Positions 29,388 through 39,207 of a stretch of DNA of 64,000 nucleotides are shown here, piece after piece. The notes beneath the pieces were generated by a model. The model searched no databases. It was given only the letters and a program-made list of their open reading frames with translations, and was not told where the DNA came from. Within the stretch, counting starts at the first letter, position 1. Every line of letters begins with the position of its first letter. This DNA comes from Candidatus Zixiibacteriota bacterium. GTDB lineage: Bacteria; Zixibacteria; MSB-5A5; UBA10806; 4484-95. The position numbers and the translations under genes were made by a program. The stretch covers positions 1 to 64,000 of the forward strand of contig JBBIRK010000004.1 of assembly GCA_037441845.1 (NCBI GenBank), written 5' to 3'.

Positions 29388-32204
29388 ATGCATATCAGGC
29401 TTGACAGCTACATTTGCATAGATCTCGAGACCACCGGTATCGATCCGGAATCGGACCGGATAATCGAAATCGGAGCGGTGAAATTCGAGAAGGGCGTCCT
29501 TGCCGGGAAGTTCAGTCGGCTGGTGAATCCGGATCGGCAACTGTCGCAAGAGATCGTCGATTTGACCGGTATAACCGATTTGATGTTGAAAGATGCTCCG
29601 TTTCTCGAGGATATAAAGCCGGAGCTGGAGTCGTTTATCGGCGATTGTGGAATCGTGGTGGGACACAACGTTCGATTCGACATTTCGTTTTTGCGGCGGC
29701 ATTTGTCGGCGAATCTGCAGTATATAGTCGATAATCAATTCATCGATACGGCGGCATTAGCCAGGCTGGTTTGGCCGGGGCTTAAAGGATATTCGTTGGC
29801 CTATCTGGCCGAGTTCGCTGGTTTGCCCGATCCGCCGACCCATCGCGCTCTCAACGATGCGCTGGCGACCGCTGAGATTTACCGATATGAATTGGCGGCT
29901 CTCGCAACGATGCCCAAAAACATTCAGACGATCGCGGCCGGATTGATTTTCGGGCTGGCGCTTCGCGGGGCGGTGCTGTCATCGCTGGAAAAAGCCGCCA
30001 AAACGCTTCCCGCGCCGGTCGATTACCGATGTGATCTCGGCGACAACGTGATCCCGGGAATCGAACCGGAAAGATCGACGGAATACCGGGAGATCGATCC
30101 GGACGAGGTCGATGCGGTATTCGAGGAGAAGCTGCGGGCTTTGCTGCCCGACTATGAAGAGAGGCCGCAACAATTGGAGATGGCTCGGGAAGTGGCCGGC
30201 GCTTTCAATCGCTCGGAGTTCTTTCTTGCCGAGGCGCCGACCGGCATAGGAAAATCGATCGCCTATTTAGTAGGCGCGTTATCCTGGGCGATTCCCAACG
30301 GCGAAAGTATATTGATATCGACCGCCACCAAGAACCTTCAGGACCAGCTTTTCGATAAGGACATACCGATCGTCCGCAAGGCTTTGGGGCGCGAATTCAA
30401 GGCGGCGCTCTTGAAGGGGCGGGCGAATTACCTTTGCTTGTTCAAATACTACGAATTGATCAACGAGGCGATCGCTTCTTTCGGGCCGGAAGAGCGACTG
30501 GCGTTGATGGCGCTCGTCGGTTGGGCGGAAATGACCAGAACCGGCGATATAGCCGAAAATTCCGGCTTTTCCCCGTCACGCTGGCGGTATCTCTGGGCGC
30601 GATCGTCCTGCGAGGGATCTTTTTGTTTGGGCAAAAATTGTCGCTACTATCAACGCTGTTTTCTATTCCGCATAAAAAACGAAAGCCAGACGGCCCAGAT
30701 AAGGGTGGTGAATCATCATCTGATGTTCGCTGATTTCGCGGCAGGCGGCGAGCTTTTACCGGCGACGGGGCATGCGATTCTCGATGAGGCACATAATCTG
30801 GAGAAGATAGCGGCATCGTATTTGGGCCCGGAAGTCAATTTCGCACAATTCTTGACACTGTTCAATCAGATATTCACGATCAAGCCGGTAGAAACCGGAT
30901 TTCTGGCGCTGGTCAAACTGAGGGCGTTGACTTTGGATCGCGAAGACACCCGCAGCACCAGCAAGGAGATATCCAAAGCCCAGCGGGTATTGGCCAGGGC
31001 AAGAGCGGGATGCAGTGCGTTTTTCGAAAAGCTGAGCGCCGCCGTGGCGGGAAACGACGCCGGGGAAATTTATGAAAAGGAAATCAGCTATAGTGAACTC
31101 GACAAATTGGTGCCGGCCTCGCTGACGGAGGAGTTCATCCAGGCCTTGCGGGAACTGGAATCCGCGCTCGATGACTTGGCGGACCTGCTTGATGGTTTCG
31201 ATGGGCTGAAAGATAAGATCGAGCTTTCGATCAGGGCCAGGTCGCTTGTCACTGATATCAAAGAACGCCGGCAGGCTCTTGAATTCTTGGCGGCCGCCGC
31301 CGATGATGATTACGTTTACTGGATCGAGCCGGTGAAAAAAGGAGAGGCGAGACTGGTCTGCGCTCCACTCGAAGTCGGCAAGTTGCTCGACCTAAAATTC
31401 TACGGGCAGCTCAAAACTCTGGTGTTGAGCTCGGCGACTCTTTCGGTGGCCGGGGATTTCGGTTTTTGCAAACAGCGTTTGGGACTTGATCTGGACAGCG
31501 CCGATAGAACTTTCGAAAAGGCTTTCGACAGCCCGTTCGATCTGAAAAAAAATATCTCATTCTGCGGCTGCGCATTTCTGCCGCCGCCTACCGCCGCCGA
31601 TTTCGATTCGAAGGCGGGGGAGACGATTTTGCGATTGTTCGATGCAGCCCGGGTCAACGGCATGGTATTGTTTACCGCTTACAGGAATCTGCTTTCGGTC
31701 GTGGATCAGGTCGGCCAGAAAATGATGCAGAGCGGATTCGAGCTGTTCGTTCAGGACGGCAGCCAAAGCACCTCGCGATTGCTGGCCAGATTCCACGCCT
31801 CCAAGCTGGGCGTTTTGTTCGGAACCGACAGTTTTTGGGAGGGAGTGGATCTCCCCGGCGAGGAACTCGAACTGTTGGTGATCGTCCGCCTTCCCTTTGC
31901 GGTGCCCGATCGGCCGTGGACGAAAGCCAACCTCGATCGGATTCAGATGGCCGGCGGCAATCCTTTCATGGATTATTCGCTGCCAGAGGCGGTGATCAAG
32001 TTCCGTCAAGGGTTCGGCCGTCTGATCCGCAAGAAGACCGATACCGGTTGTGTGGTCGTCCTCGACCAGCGGCTGGTTACCAGGGAGTATGGCAAGGTAT
32101 TCGCTAAATCGTTGGTGCCTCCGCTGAAACCGTGCTCATCGCTTAATGAACTCGTGCTTACAGTAAAGTCTCAGCTTGAGAATAAGGCGCATTTCAGGTT
32201 TTAA
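29388..32204 (+). CDS. dinG: DinG-family helicase fused to N-terminal DEDDh 3'-5' exonuclease
   Basis: DLETTG, GHNVRFD, HRALND; EAPTGIGKS, KGRANYLC, DEAH, FWEGVD, QGFGRLIR; Fe-S-type Cys cluster. Confidence 0.9.
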   Translation: MHIRLDSYICIDLETTGIDPESDRIIEIGAVKFEKGVLAGKFSRLVNPDRQLSQEIVDLTGITDLMLKDAPFLEDIKPELESFIGDCGIVVGHNVRFDISFLRRHLSANLQYIVDNQFIDTAALARLVWPGLKGYSLAYLAEFAGLPDPPTHRALNDALATAEIYRYELAALATMPKNIQTIAAGLIFGLALRGAVLSSLEKAAKTLPAPVDYRCDLGDNVIPGIEPERSTEYREIDPDEVDAVFEEKLRALLPDYEERPQQLEMAREVAGAFNRSEFFLAEAPTGIGKSIAYLVGALSWAIPNGESILISTATKNLQDQLFDKDIPIVRKALGREFKAALLKGRANYLCLFKYYELINEAIASFGPEERLALMALVGWAEMTRTGDIAENSGFSPSRWRYLWARSSCEGSFCLGKNCRYYQRCFLFRIKNESQTAQIRVVNHHLMFADFAAGGELLPATGHAILDEAHNLEKIAASYLGPEVNFAQFLTLFNQIFTIKPVETGFLALVKLRALTLDREDTRSTSKEISKAQRVLARARAGCSAFFEKLSAAVAGNDAGEIYEKEISYSELDKLVPASLTEEFIQALRELESALDDLADLLDGFDGLKDKIELSIRARSLVTDIKERRQALEFLAAAADDDYVYWIEPVKKGEARLVCAPLEVGKLLDLKFYGQLKTLVLSSATLSVAGDFGFCKQRLGLDLDSADRTFEKAFDSPFDLKKNISFCGCAFLPPPTAADFDSKAGETILRLFDAARVNGMVLFTAYRNLLSVVDQVGQKMMQSGFELFVQDGSQSTSRLLARFHASKLGVLFGTDSFWEGVDLPGEELELLVIVRLPFAVPDRPWTKANLDRIQMAGGNPFMDYSLPEAVIKFRQGFGRLIRKKTDTGCVVVLDQRLVTREYGKVFAKSLVPPLKPCSSLNELVLTVKSQLENKAHFRF

Positions 32205-32351
32205 CTTGATCGATCCTCGTTTCCGTTAATTCGTTACCGGGTAACAATTTTATCGGAAAAGTGCATAAGTCGCCGGTTTCTGCCGATACAATTTCAGGAG
32301 AAAGGGCCGGTTCCGCGATCGCCGCGGCGGCCCCTGATGCGACTTCGCCAT

Positions 32352-33818
32352 ATGAACGAAAAAAATCAAATCGCGACAGCCGAATCGAAGCCGGCATTGG
32401 CAAAAATTCTGCTTGTCGATGATGACGAAAACATTATCCGGGCCCTGCGCGAATGTTTTGCCGGATTCCGCTACGAGCTCGAAATCGCCCGCAACGGCCA
32501 AGAAGCGCTGACCAAGGTATTCGAGGGCGAATACAATCTGGTCATGCTGGACGTGAATCTTCCCGACTTTTCCGGGATGGAAATTCTTCGCAAAATCAAG
32601 GAGAAAATGCGGGAGCTGCCGGTGCTGGTGATGACCGGGTTCGTTTCGACCGACGCCGCGATAGAGGCGATGAAACTGGGCGCCCACGAATTCGTCACCA
32701 AGCCGTTCGATATCGATCGGCTGATGGGGATCGTGAATCGATTGGTCAAGCGGACTCCGCCCATGCGGGGGCTGTCTTCGTTTTCGGTGGCTCCGCGGGC
32801 GGTCGATGGCATCATTATCGGCCGCACACCCGAAATGATGGAGATCGCCAAGATAATCGGGCAGGTTGCGGCCACCGACGCCTCGGTGCTGATAATGGGC
32901 GAATCGGGCACCGGCAAGGAGCTCGTGGCTAAGGCGATTTACGCCAATTCCCTCAGAAGCGATAAGCCTTTCCTTTCGGTGAATTGCGCCGCACTCCCGG
33001 AGACCTTGCTCGAATCGGAGTTGTTCGGCCACGAAAAAGGAGCTTTCACCGGCGCCTACACGCGCAAATTGGGGAAGTTCGAGCAGTGCAACGCCGGGAC
33101 GATATTCCTCGATGAGGTCGCCGACATGTCGCTATTGACCCAAAGCAAGGTGCTGCGGGTTCTGCAAGAACAGGAATTCGAACGGATCGGGGGCAATCAG
33201 ACGATAAAGGTGGACGTCCGGGTGATTGCGGCGACGAATAAATCGCTGGTGAATATGATTAAAGAAGGCACTTTCAGGGTGGATTTATACTATCGGTTGA
33301 AGGTGGTCTCGATCTATCTGCCGCCTTTGCGCGAGCGGCGCGCCGATATTCCGCTTCTGGTGGAACATTTCATTCATCAATACGCCCGGCAGACCAACCG
33401 TCAGATATTGAGCATCTCGAAAGAAGCGATGGAGGGGTTGATGCGCTGCCCTTGGCCGGGTAACGTTCGCGAGCTGGAGAACAATATCCACACCGCGGTG
33501 GTGATGTCCAAAGGGGAGACGCTTTTGCCCGAGCATTTTCCGGTGCTTTCGGGGGAATCGGAGAAAGTTGAGATCGATCTTTCCTCGATCGAGGAGGACT
33601 ACTGCAAGATGTTTTCGGAGATGATCGATCGCAATTTCGAGAAGATCGTGAACATATCCGGGGATCATATTTATCAGCATCTCAATTCGGCGCTCGAGAA
33701 GGCCATGATTTCGGCGGCGTTGAAATACACGCGGTCGAATCAAGTGCGTTCGGCGGAATTGCTCGGCATATCCCGCAACACCCTGCGCGATCGAATCGCC
33801 AAATATGGGTTGTATTGA
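32352..33818 (+). CDS. Sigma54-dependent response regulator (NtrC/AtoC family)
   Basis: REC (LVDDD, MLDV, KPF); AAA+ GESGTGKE, GAFTGA, WPGNVREL; Fis-type HTH. Confidence 0.93.
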   Translation: MNEKNQIATAESKPALAKILLVDDDENIIRALRECFAGFRYELEIARNGQEALTKVFEGEYNLVMLDVNLPDFSGMEILRKIKEKMRELPVLVMTGFVSTDAAIEAMKLGAHEFVTKPFDIDRLMGIVNRLVKRTPPMRGLSSFSVAPRAVDGIIIGRTPEMMEIAKIIGQVAATDASVLIMGESGTGKELVAKAIYANSLRSDKPFLSVNCAALPETLLESELFGHEKGAFTGAYTRKLGKFEQCNAGTIFLDEVADMSLLTQSKVLRVLQEQEFERIGGNQTIKVDVRVIAATNKSLVNMIKEGTFRVDLYYRLKVVSIYLPPLRERRADIPLLVEHFIHQYARQTNRQILSISKEAMEGLMRCPWPGNVRELENNIHTAVVMSKGETLLPEHFPVLSGESEKVEIDLSSIEEDYCKMFSEMIDRNFEKIVNISGDHIYQHLNSALEKAMISAALKYTRSNQVRSAELLGISRNTLRDRIAKYGLY

Positions 33819-33916
33819 ATTGGCGGATTATTGCTTGCCTAAGCATTAAGGTGAAATACGATTTTTCTGTTTTCCTGATTCCGAAAATGATATATGATAT
33901 AATAGGAGGCATAAGC

Positions 33917-35095
33917 ATGGCTGGTAAAAAGCACATTAACGCACTTTATTACATCACGCATATTGATAATATTGAATCAATAATAAGGTACGGTATTTTG
34001 TCTCACGAAGAAGTCGAAAATAATAAAGATATTAAATATACACCTATCTACGATGAGAATATTATAGGCCGCAGGCGGCTAAAAGAGATTTCCCCTAACG
34101 TTACATTGTTGAAATATGCTAATTTATATTTCAAACCTAGGAACGCCATGCTTTATAGGGTTGTTTGTGAAAAGACTCCCGATAAAATTGCCATAATAGC
34201 ATTAAATCCGACAATTCTCGAAAACGAACAAGCCATGATTACCGACGGCAATGCGGCAAACGATATAAAGAAAATCATGCCCATATCGCAAGGAAGCTCA
34301 ATAATTGATGAAATTGAGAAATTGTTTAAGAAGCAATATTGGAACGATTTTGACGATTCGAAAAGGAAAATGATGGCGGAGCTTTTGGTCCCGAATAAAG
34401 TAGATAGTAAATATATAAATACAATTTATGTGGCTAATGAAGAAGTGGCCCAAATATTAATAGGAAAATTGCGTAGTCTATCCAGAAATAGCATAATCAT
34501 TGAACCCGATATGTTTTTTCAACCTCGAAAGGTTTTTCCGTTGACAATGAATTTGAATTTGGTTCAAGGAGATATGTTTTTTTCTGAGTTGCAAACGCTT
34601 ACGGTCAGCGTTAATATTCGAGGGGTGATGGGTAAGGGATTAGCCTCAAGGGCTAAATATCAATTCCCCGATGTGTATGTCAAGTATCAAGACGCTTGCC
34701 GCAAAAAACAATTAAGAATGGGTGTGCCGTTCTTATACAGAAGGGAAAAGTCGATAGAAGCTGAACTTGCCGATGAGCCTCGGGCATTAAATGGATCGAA
34801 TAATAATAAATGGTTTCTTCTTTTTGCCACCAAAGACGATTGGCGTCAGCCTGCTAACTTGAAAGCAATAGAAGAAGGTCTCAATTGGATACTAAACAAT
34901 TATGAGAAGGAAGGAATAAAATCACTGGCTGTGCCAGCGCTTGGCTGTGGTTTGGGCAGATTGCAGTGGAAACAGGTTGGGCCAATAATTTGCAGAATAT
35001 TGAGTCAGCTTGATATTCAAGTATCAATTTATTTGCCGGCAGAGGGGAGCCTCGAAGAAAAATATTTAACGAGCGAATTTTTGCTTGGCAATTGA
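33917..35095 (+). CDS. Fused DarT-like (DUF4433) DNA ADP-ribosyltransferase and DarG-like macrodomain
   Basis: LYYITHIDNIESI..GILS, YANLYFKPRNAMLY, TDGNAA, MAELLVP (DarT); GDMF, VNIRGVMGKGLA, FATKDDWR, SLAVPALGCGLGRLQW (macro). SD ggagg; visibly AT-rich. Confidence 0.85.
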   Translation: MAGKKHINALYYITHIDNIESIIRYGILSHEEVENNKDIKYTPIYDENIIGRRRLKEISPNVTLLKYANLYFKPRNAMLYRVVCEKTPDKIAIIALNPTILENEQAMITDGNAANDIKKIMPISQGSSIIDEIEKLFKKQYWNDFDDSKRKMMAELLVPNKVDSKYINTIYVANEEVAQILIGKLRSLSRNSIIIEPDMFFQPRKVFPLTMNLNLVQGDMFFSELQTLTVSVNIRGVMGKGLASRAKYQFPDVYVKYQDACRKKQLRMGVPFLYRREKSIEAELADEPRALNGSNNNKWFLLFATKDDWRQPANLKAIEEGLNWILNNYEKEGIKSLAVPALGCGLGRLQWKQVGPIICRILSQLDIQVSIYLPAEGSLEEKYLTSEFLLGN

Positions 35096-35175
35096 TTTTT
35101 TTGCCGATCATCGATAGAGTTCGGCCATCTCATTTCTCCCTTTGACATCTTCTGTTTTCGATGCTAATATGCGGC

Positions 35176-37005
35176 ATGAAAAAAATTATACTTATCTGGA
35201 TTATGGCGGCAACCGCCGCCATGGCGCAGGATACGACCGAGAATGCGCTTAGCCGACTCGACAAGGGCTTGGCGGACGCCCTCGCCGGACTTTATATGAC
35301 GCCCGCGGATCTTTCGCTCAGAGACGACTATCTCGAAAAAGACGGATTCCGAATGGCTATAGTCGATCGCTATTTGAAATCACCGTTGGAAATGATCGGG
35401 TTCGCCTCGAACTTGAGTGATTCGGCGATCGAACAACTGATGTTCCAGCTCTTTCGGGAATCGCCGTTCCCGGCCGCGATCAAGCCACGGCCGTTCGTGA
35501 TGACCCCGCCGGAGAGCACGGTCGCCGATTATTGTGACATAAGCGGAATCGATTACGGGACGCTTTATCGGCTCGCTTATTTTATCCAAAAGGAAACCAG
35601 ACTTCGCGAAAATTTGGCCCCTCTGGAAGAAAAAGGGCCGGCCTTGGATTCGATCATATTCGGCCTGACGATATTGTTGGAAGAAGACGTAAATGACGAA
35701 TTCCGCGGTATCGACGAGCTCGATTCGATTCAGCGTTACGAGGAAGATTGGACCAAGAAACTTGTCGATTTGCTCGGCTTAGTGGATGCCGAGGCGCCGG
35801 CTGTCGCCTGTCTCGAATTTTTGGGTTTCGCCGACGATTCTATTTTGAATCCCGATTCGTCACCGATATATAGCGGCGGATATTTGGAGTTTTCGACGCC
35901 ATACGGCAAAATCTGCGTGGGGGATACCGCCTCGCAATTTTATTTCGGCGACCTGTTCATGGTGATCGATTATGGCGGCGACGACACTTATCAGATTCAG
36001 CGGGAAGGCGGCCGAAAGTCGGTGTATATTCTGGATTACGGCGGCGATGACACTTACGATTTCGAACGATCGAGAATTTCGCCGTTTGCGCTGGGGATGA
36101 ATATCGTGGCCGATTTCTCCGGCGACGATATCTACTCCGGCGGGTCATGGTGTCTGGGCGCCGGACTCTTGGGCGGAGGTATTCTCTGGGATAAAAATGG
36201 TGACGATCGCTATTTCGGCGACACTTTCACTATGGGCGCCGGCTGTCTGGGATTTGGAATTTTGCGCGATGACGGCGGCAACGATACCTATCAGGCGGCG
36301 CTGTTTTCACAGGGATTCGGATTCGTAGCCGGAGCCGGTGCGCTACACGATCGCGACGGCAACGACCGCTATTTCGCCGGCGGCAAGTATAAAGATATTC
36401 TTCGCTATTCGGATCACTACCTGTCGTTGTCTCAGGGATTCGGTTATGGGATAAGGCCGTATCTCTCCGGCGGCGCGGGATTTCTCGTCGATGACGGCGG
36501 CAACGACGTTTACGAATCGGATATTTTCGCGCAAGGGTGCTCTTATTGGTGGTCGCTGGGCGTGCTTTCCGATAAAACCGGCCACGATAAATATCTGTCA
36601 TATCAATACGCTCAGGGGTGTGCCACGCACATGACGTTAGGTTGCCTTTACGATGGCTCGGGCAACGATCTGTATTTCGGCAAGGGCTTGATGCAGGGAT
36701 GCGGCCACGATCGCTCATTCGCCGCGCTTTTGGATGCCGAAGGCGATGACAATTACGTTGCCTATGATTTGTCGCAGGGTGCGGGTTCGGCCAACGGCAA
36801 CGGGCTGCTGGCCGATCTCGAAGGCAATGACGCCTATGTGGTGAAAGACACCAAGAACACACAAGGTTATGGAAACGAGCGGCGTGATTACGGATCTATC
36901 GGAATAATGATCGATTTGGGAGGGCGCGATTCATATGCCGGCGGCCAGGGGGCGGATTCGACCTGGTGGAGCAAAGCCGCCTGGGGAATCGGGATAGATA
37001 GGTAG
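35176..37005 (+). CDS. Secreted protein with many Gly/Asp-rich D.xGxDxY...QG repeats (putative Ca-binding beta-solenoid)
   Basis: Signal peptide AMA; more than 10 repeats such as DYGGDDTY, DKNGDDRY, DDGGNDTY. Confidence 0.75.
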   Translation: MKKIILIWIMAATAAMAQDTTENALSRLDKGLADALAGLYMTPADLSLRDDYLEKDGFRMAIVDRYLKSPLEMIGFASNLSDSAIEQLMFQLFRESPFPAAIKPRPFVMTPPESTVADYCDISGIDYGTLYRLAYFIQKETRLRENLAPLEEKGPALDSIIFGLTILLEEDVNDEFRGIDELDSIQRYEEDWTKKLVDLLGLVDAEAPAVACLEFLGFADDSILNPDSSPIYSGGYLEFSTPYGKICVGDTASQFYFGDLFMVIDYGGDDTYQIQREGGRKSVYILDYGGDDTYDFERSRISPFALGMNIVADFSGDDIYSGGSWCLGAGLLGGGILWDKNGDDRYFGDTFTMGAGCLGFGILRDDGGNDTYQAALFSQGFGFVAGAGALHDRDGNDRYFAGGKYKDILRYSDHYLSLSQGFGYGIRPYLSGGAGFLVDDGGNDVYESDIFAQGCSYWWSLGVLSDKTGHDKYLSYQYAQGCATHMTLGCLYDGSGNDLYFGKGLMQGCGHDRSFAALLDAEGDDNYVAYDLSQGAGSANGNGLLADLEGNDAYVVKDTKNTQGYGNERRDYGSIGIMIDLGGRDSYAGGQGADSTWWSKAAWGIGIDR

Positions 37006-37013
37006 GCGGATAT

Positions 37014-37955
37014 ATGTCGAACAGAACATTTATCGGCGCGATACTGTTTTCAATCGTGATCGGATGTGCCGCTGTCGCGGAGGAGAGCAGTTCGATGCCG
37101 CCGGATTCCATCGGTAGGATAGTCGATTCGCTGTTTATACGGGCTTCCTCGGGTGAAATAAGGTTTCAATCCGAAGTGGAACCATCGAGGAAAGCCTTGA
37201 TAGCCTTAAGCGTCAAAGCCGTGCCTCGGCTTTTGACCAAGCTCGGTTCGAGAGATGCCCGCGAGATGCTCGAACTCACCGAGATATTCAAGGGGATAGG
37301 CGAAGCCGCAGTCGATTCGCTGGTGACGGTGCTGAAAAGCGACGATGGCTTTACCCGAAGGCTGGCTATCCGATGTCTGGGCGAAATAAAAAGCGAAAAA
37401 GCGATCTGGTCGCTGCAGGCGATGGCTCAGCATCGGGATTTCCGCACTCGGGTGGAGACGATGACGGCGTTCGGCAATATCGGAAGCCCGACCGCCGCCG
37501 CGGCCGTGCAGGCCGGTTTGCGCGATTCGATTGAATTGGTGGCTACGGCCGCCGCCGCAGCTTGCGGAAAGATAAAAAAGGATATCGATCCCAATGCTCT
37601 TCTTGCCGTATTCACTCACCCCTATTACGGCGTGCGCTACGCCGCGGCGCGCTCGCTTTCGCTTATGGGGGAATCGGTAATCGTCCCGGTGGAGGCCTTC
37701 ATCGATTCGTGCGCTGACCTCAACGCCAAATGTTTCGCTCTGCTTTCTCTCGGCATAAACGGTTCGGAGAAAAGCGTGAGGGTGCTTGGCCGATATGCCG
37801 CAAGCGAGAGCTGGCAGATACGGGCGGCGGCGGCTGATGCGCTCGGCAAGATCAATGCCAGCAAGGCGGAAGCGATCTTGAAAAAAATGGTAGTCAATGA
37901 AAAGCATCCACTGGTGATGGCGAGGGCGAAAGCTTCACTTACCAACCTGGATTGA
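37014..37955 (+). CDS. Exported HEAT-repeat protein
   Basis: N-terminal signal; repeats RRLAIRCLGEI, VRYAAARSL, IRAAAADALGKI. Confidence 0.8.
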   Translation: MSNRTFIGAILFSIVIGCAAVAEESSSMPPDSIGRIVDSLFIRASSGEIRFQSEVEPSRKALIALSVKAVPRLLTKLGSRDAREMLELTEIFKGIGEAAVDSLVTVLKSDDGFTRRLAIRCLGEIKSEKAIWSLQAMAQHRDFRTRVETMTAFGNIGSPTAAAAVQAGLRDSIELVATAAAAACGKIKKDIDPNALLAVFTHPYYGVRYAAARSLSLMGESVIVPVEAFIDSCADLNAKCFALLSLGINGSEKSVRVLGRYAASESWQIRAAAADALGKINASKAEAILKKMVVNEKHPLVMARAKASLTNLD

Positions 37956-37957
37956 CG

Positions 37958-39172
37958 ATGGCATCCGATTCGCGTTTTGACCTATATTTTCCGGCGACTC
38001 CCAAAAGAGACTCCCGAAAACGACCGAGCGAAGTCCCGAGGCTGGGCTATTTGCGCGAAACCGATGCGGGAAAAGTGTGGGTGGTGGAATGGAGTATTCC
38101 CGAGGGTGCCAAACACGGCGGAAGCGAAATCCGCAGAGTAAAATCGATAAATCCCTTGATTGACACATCGCTGGATAAGTTCAATCCGGCGGCTGCGGTG
38201 GTGTTAGATACCGAAACCACCGGGCTTGCGGGGGGCACCGGCACTTATGCGTTCATAATCGGAGCCGGTTTCTGGGTGAAGAACACGCTGGTCGTGCGCC
38301 AGTATTTGATGCGGGATTTCAATGAGGAGCCGGCCCAGCTTACGGCATTCGCAGAGGATTGCCGAAAGCAGTTGATTTCTTTCAACGGCAAATGTTTCGA
38401 TTTTCCTTTGCTGGCCAATCGCTATAAGATAAATCGCATGAAGTTTCCGCTGGATTCGACAAATCATCTGGATATGCTTTTTTGCAGCCGGCGGATTTGG
38501 AAAAGGCATTGCGACTCTTTCCGACTCGGGGACCTCGAGAAGCGGATATTGGGATTCGCCAGAACCGACGACGTGCCGTCGCATCTGATACCATCAATAT
38601 TTTTCGATTACCTTCAGAACCGAGACGAAAGGATGCTTTATCCGATCCTGAATCATAACCGTGATGATATCCTCAGTCTCCATCAGTTGACTATCGCCGC
38701 ATCGCAAACCATAAGCGACCAGCTCGAGAAGGGCGGCAACGACGACGATCTGGTGCTTTCGATCGCCGAAATATCGTTTATGTCGGGCAGAATGAAGGAG
38801 GCTTTGGATCTACTCGGCCGGATAAATGGTTCGTACGCCTCTTCGCCCACTTTGATACAGGCCTTGAAAATCAAGGCGCATATTTTGAAAAAGTTCCGCC
38901 GCTGGGAAGAAGCGCTCGATACCTACATGCGGCTGGCCGATATGGATAGTGAAATTTCGGCATTGGTCGAATCGGCCAAACTCTGCGAGCATCGGCTTAA
39001 AAATCCCGCCAAGGCTTTGGAATTGGTTCGCCGCGCCGAGATCGCGATCGAGATCGAGGAATACTGTCGCGGCGAAAGAACGTTCGCCGATCAGCTTGAT
39101 CATCGCAAAGGGCGGCTGTTAAAAAAACTTGCGCGAAGAAAAAAACCGGGAATAGGTCTTTCGACCGCTTAA
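37958..39172 (+). CDS. YprB/MrfB-like RNase H-fold DEDD exonuclease with C-terminal TPR
   Basis: LDTETTGLAGGTGT, SFNGKCFD, HLDML, HNRDDI; AKLCEHRLK. Confidence 0.85.
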   Translation: MASDSRFDLYFPATPKRDSRKRPSEVPRLGYLRETDAGKVWVVEWSIPEGAKHGGSEIRRVKSINPLIDTSLDKFNPAAAVVLDTETTGLAGGTGTYAFIIGAGFWVKNTLVVRQYLMRDFNEEPAQLTAFAEDCRKQLISFNGKCFDFPLLANRYKINRMKFPLDSTNHLDMLFCSRRIWKRHCDSFRLGDLEKRILGFARTDDVPSHLIPSIFFDYLQNRDERMLYPILNHNRDDILSLHQLTIAASQTISDQLEKGGNDDDLVLSIAEISFMSGRMKEALDLLGRINGSYASSPTLIQALKIKAHILKKFRRWEEALDTYMRLADMDSEISALVESAKLCEHRLKNPAKALELVRRAEIAIEIEEYCRGERTFADQLDHRKGRLLKKLARRKKPGIGLSTA

Positions 39173-39207
39173 TAACGCCGTTTTTTATCCGATAATAAGA
39201 CCATAGC

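Noticed and set aside
33815..33916. 34-codon N-terminal extension of the DarT-macro ORF from TTG 33815
   Set aside because: Strong SD (ggagg) before ATG 33917, and DarT homology starts there
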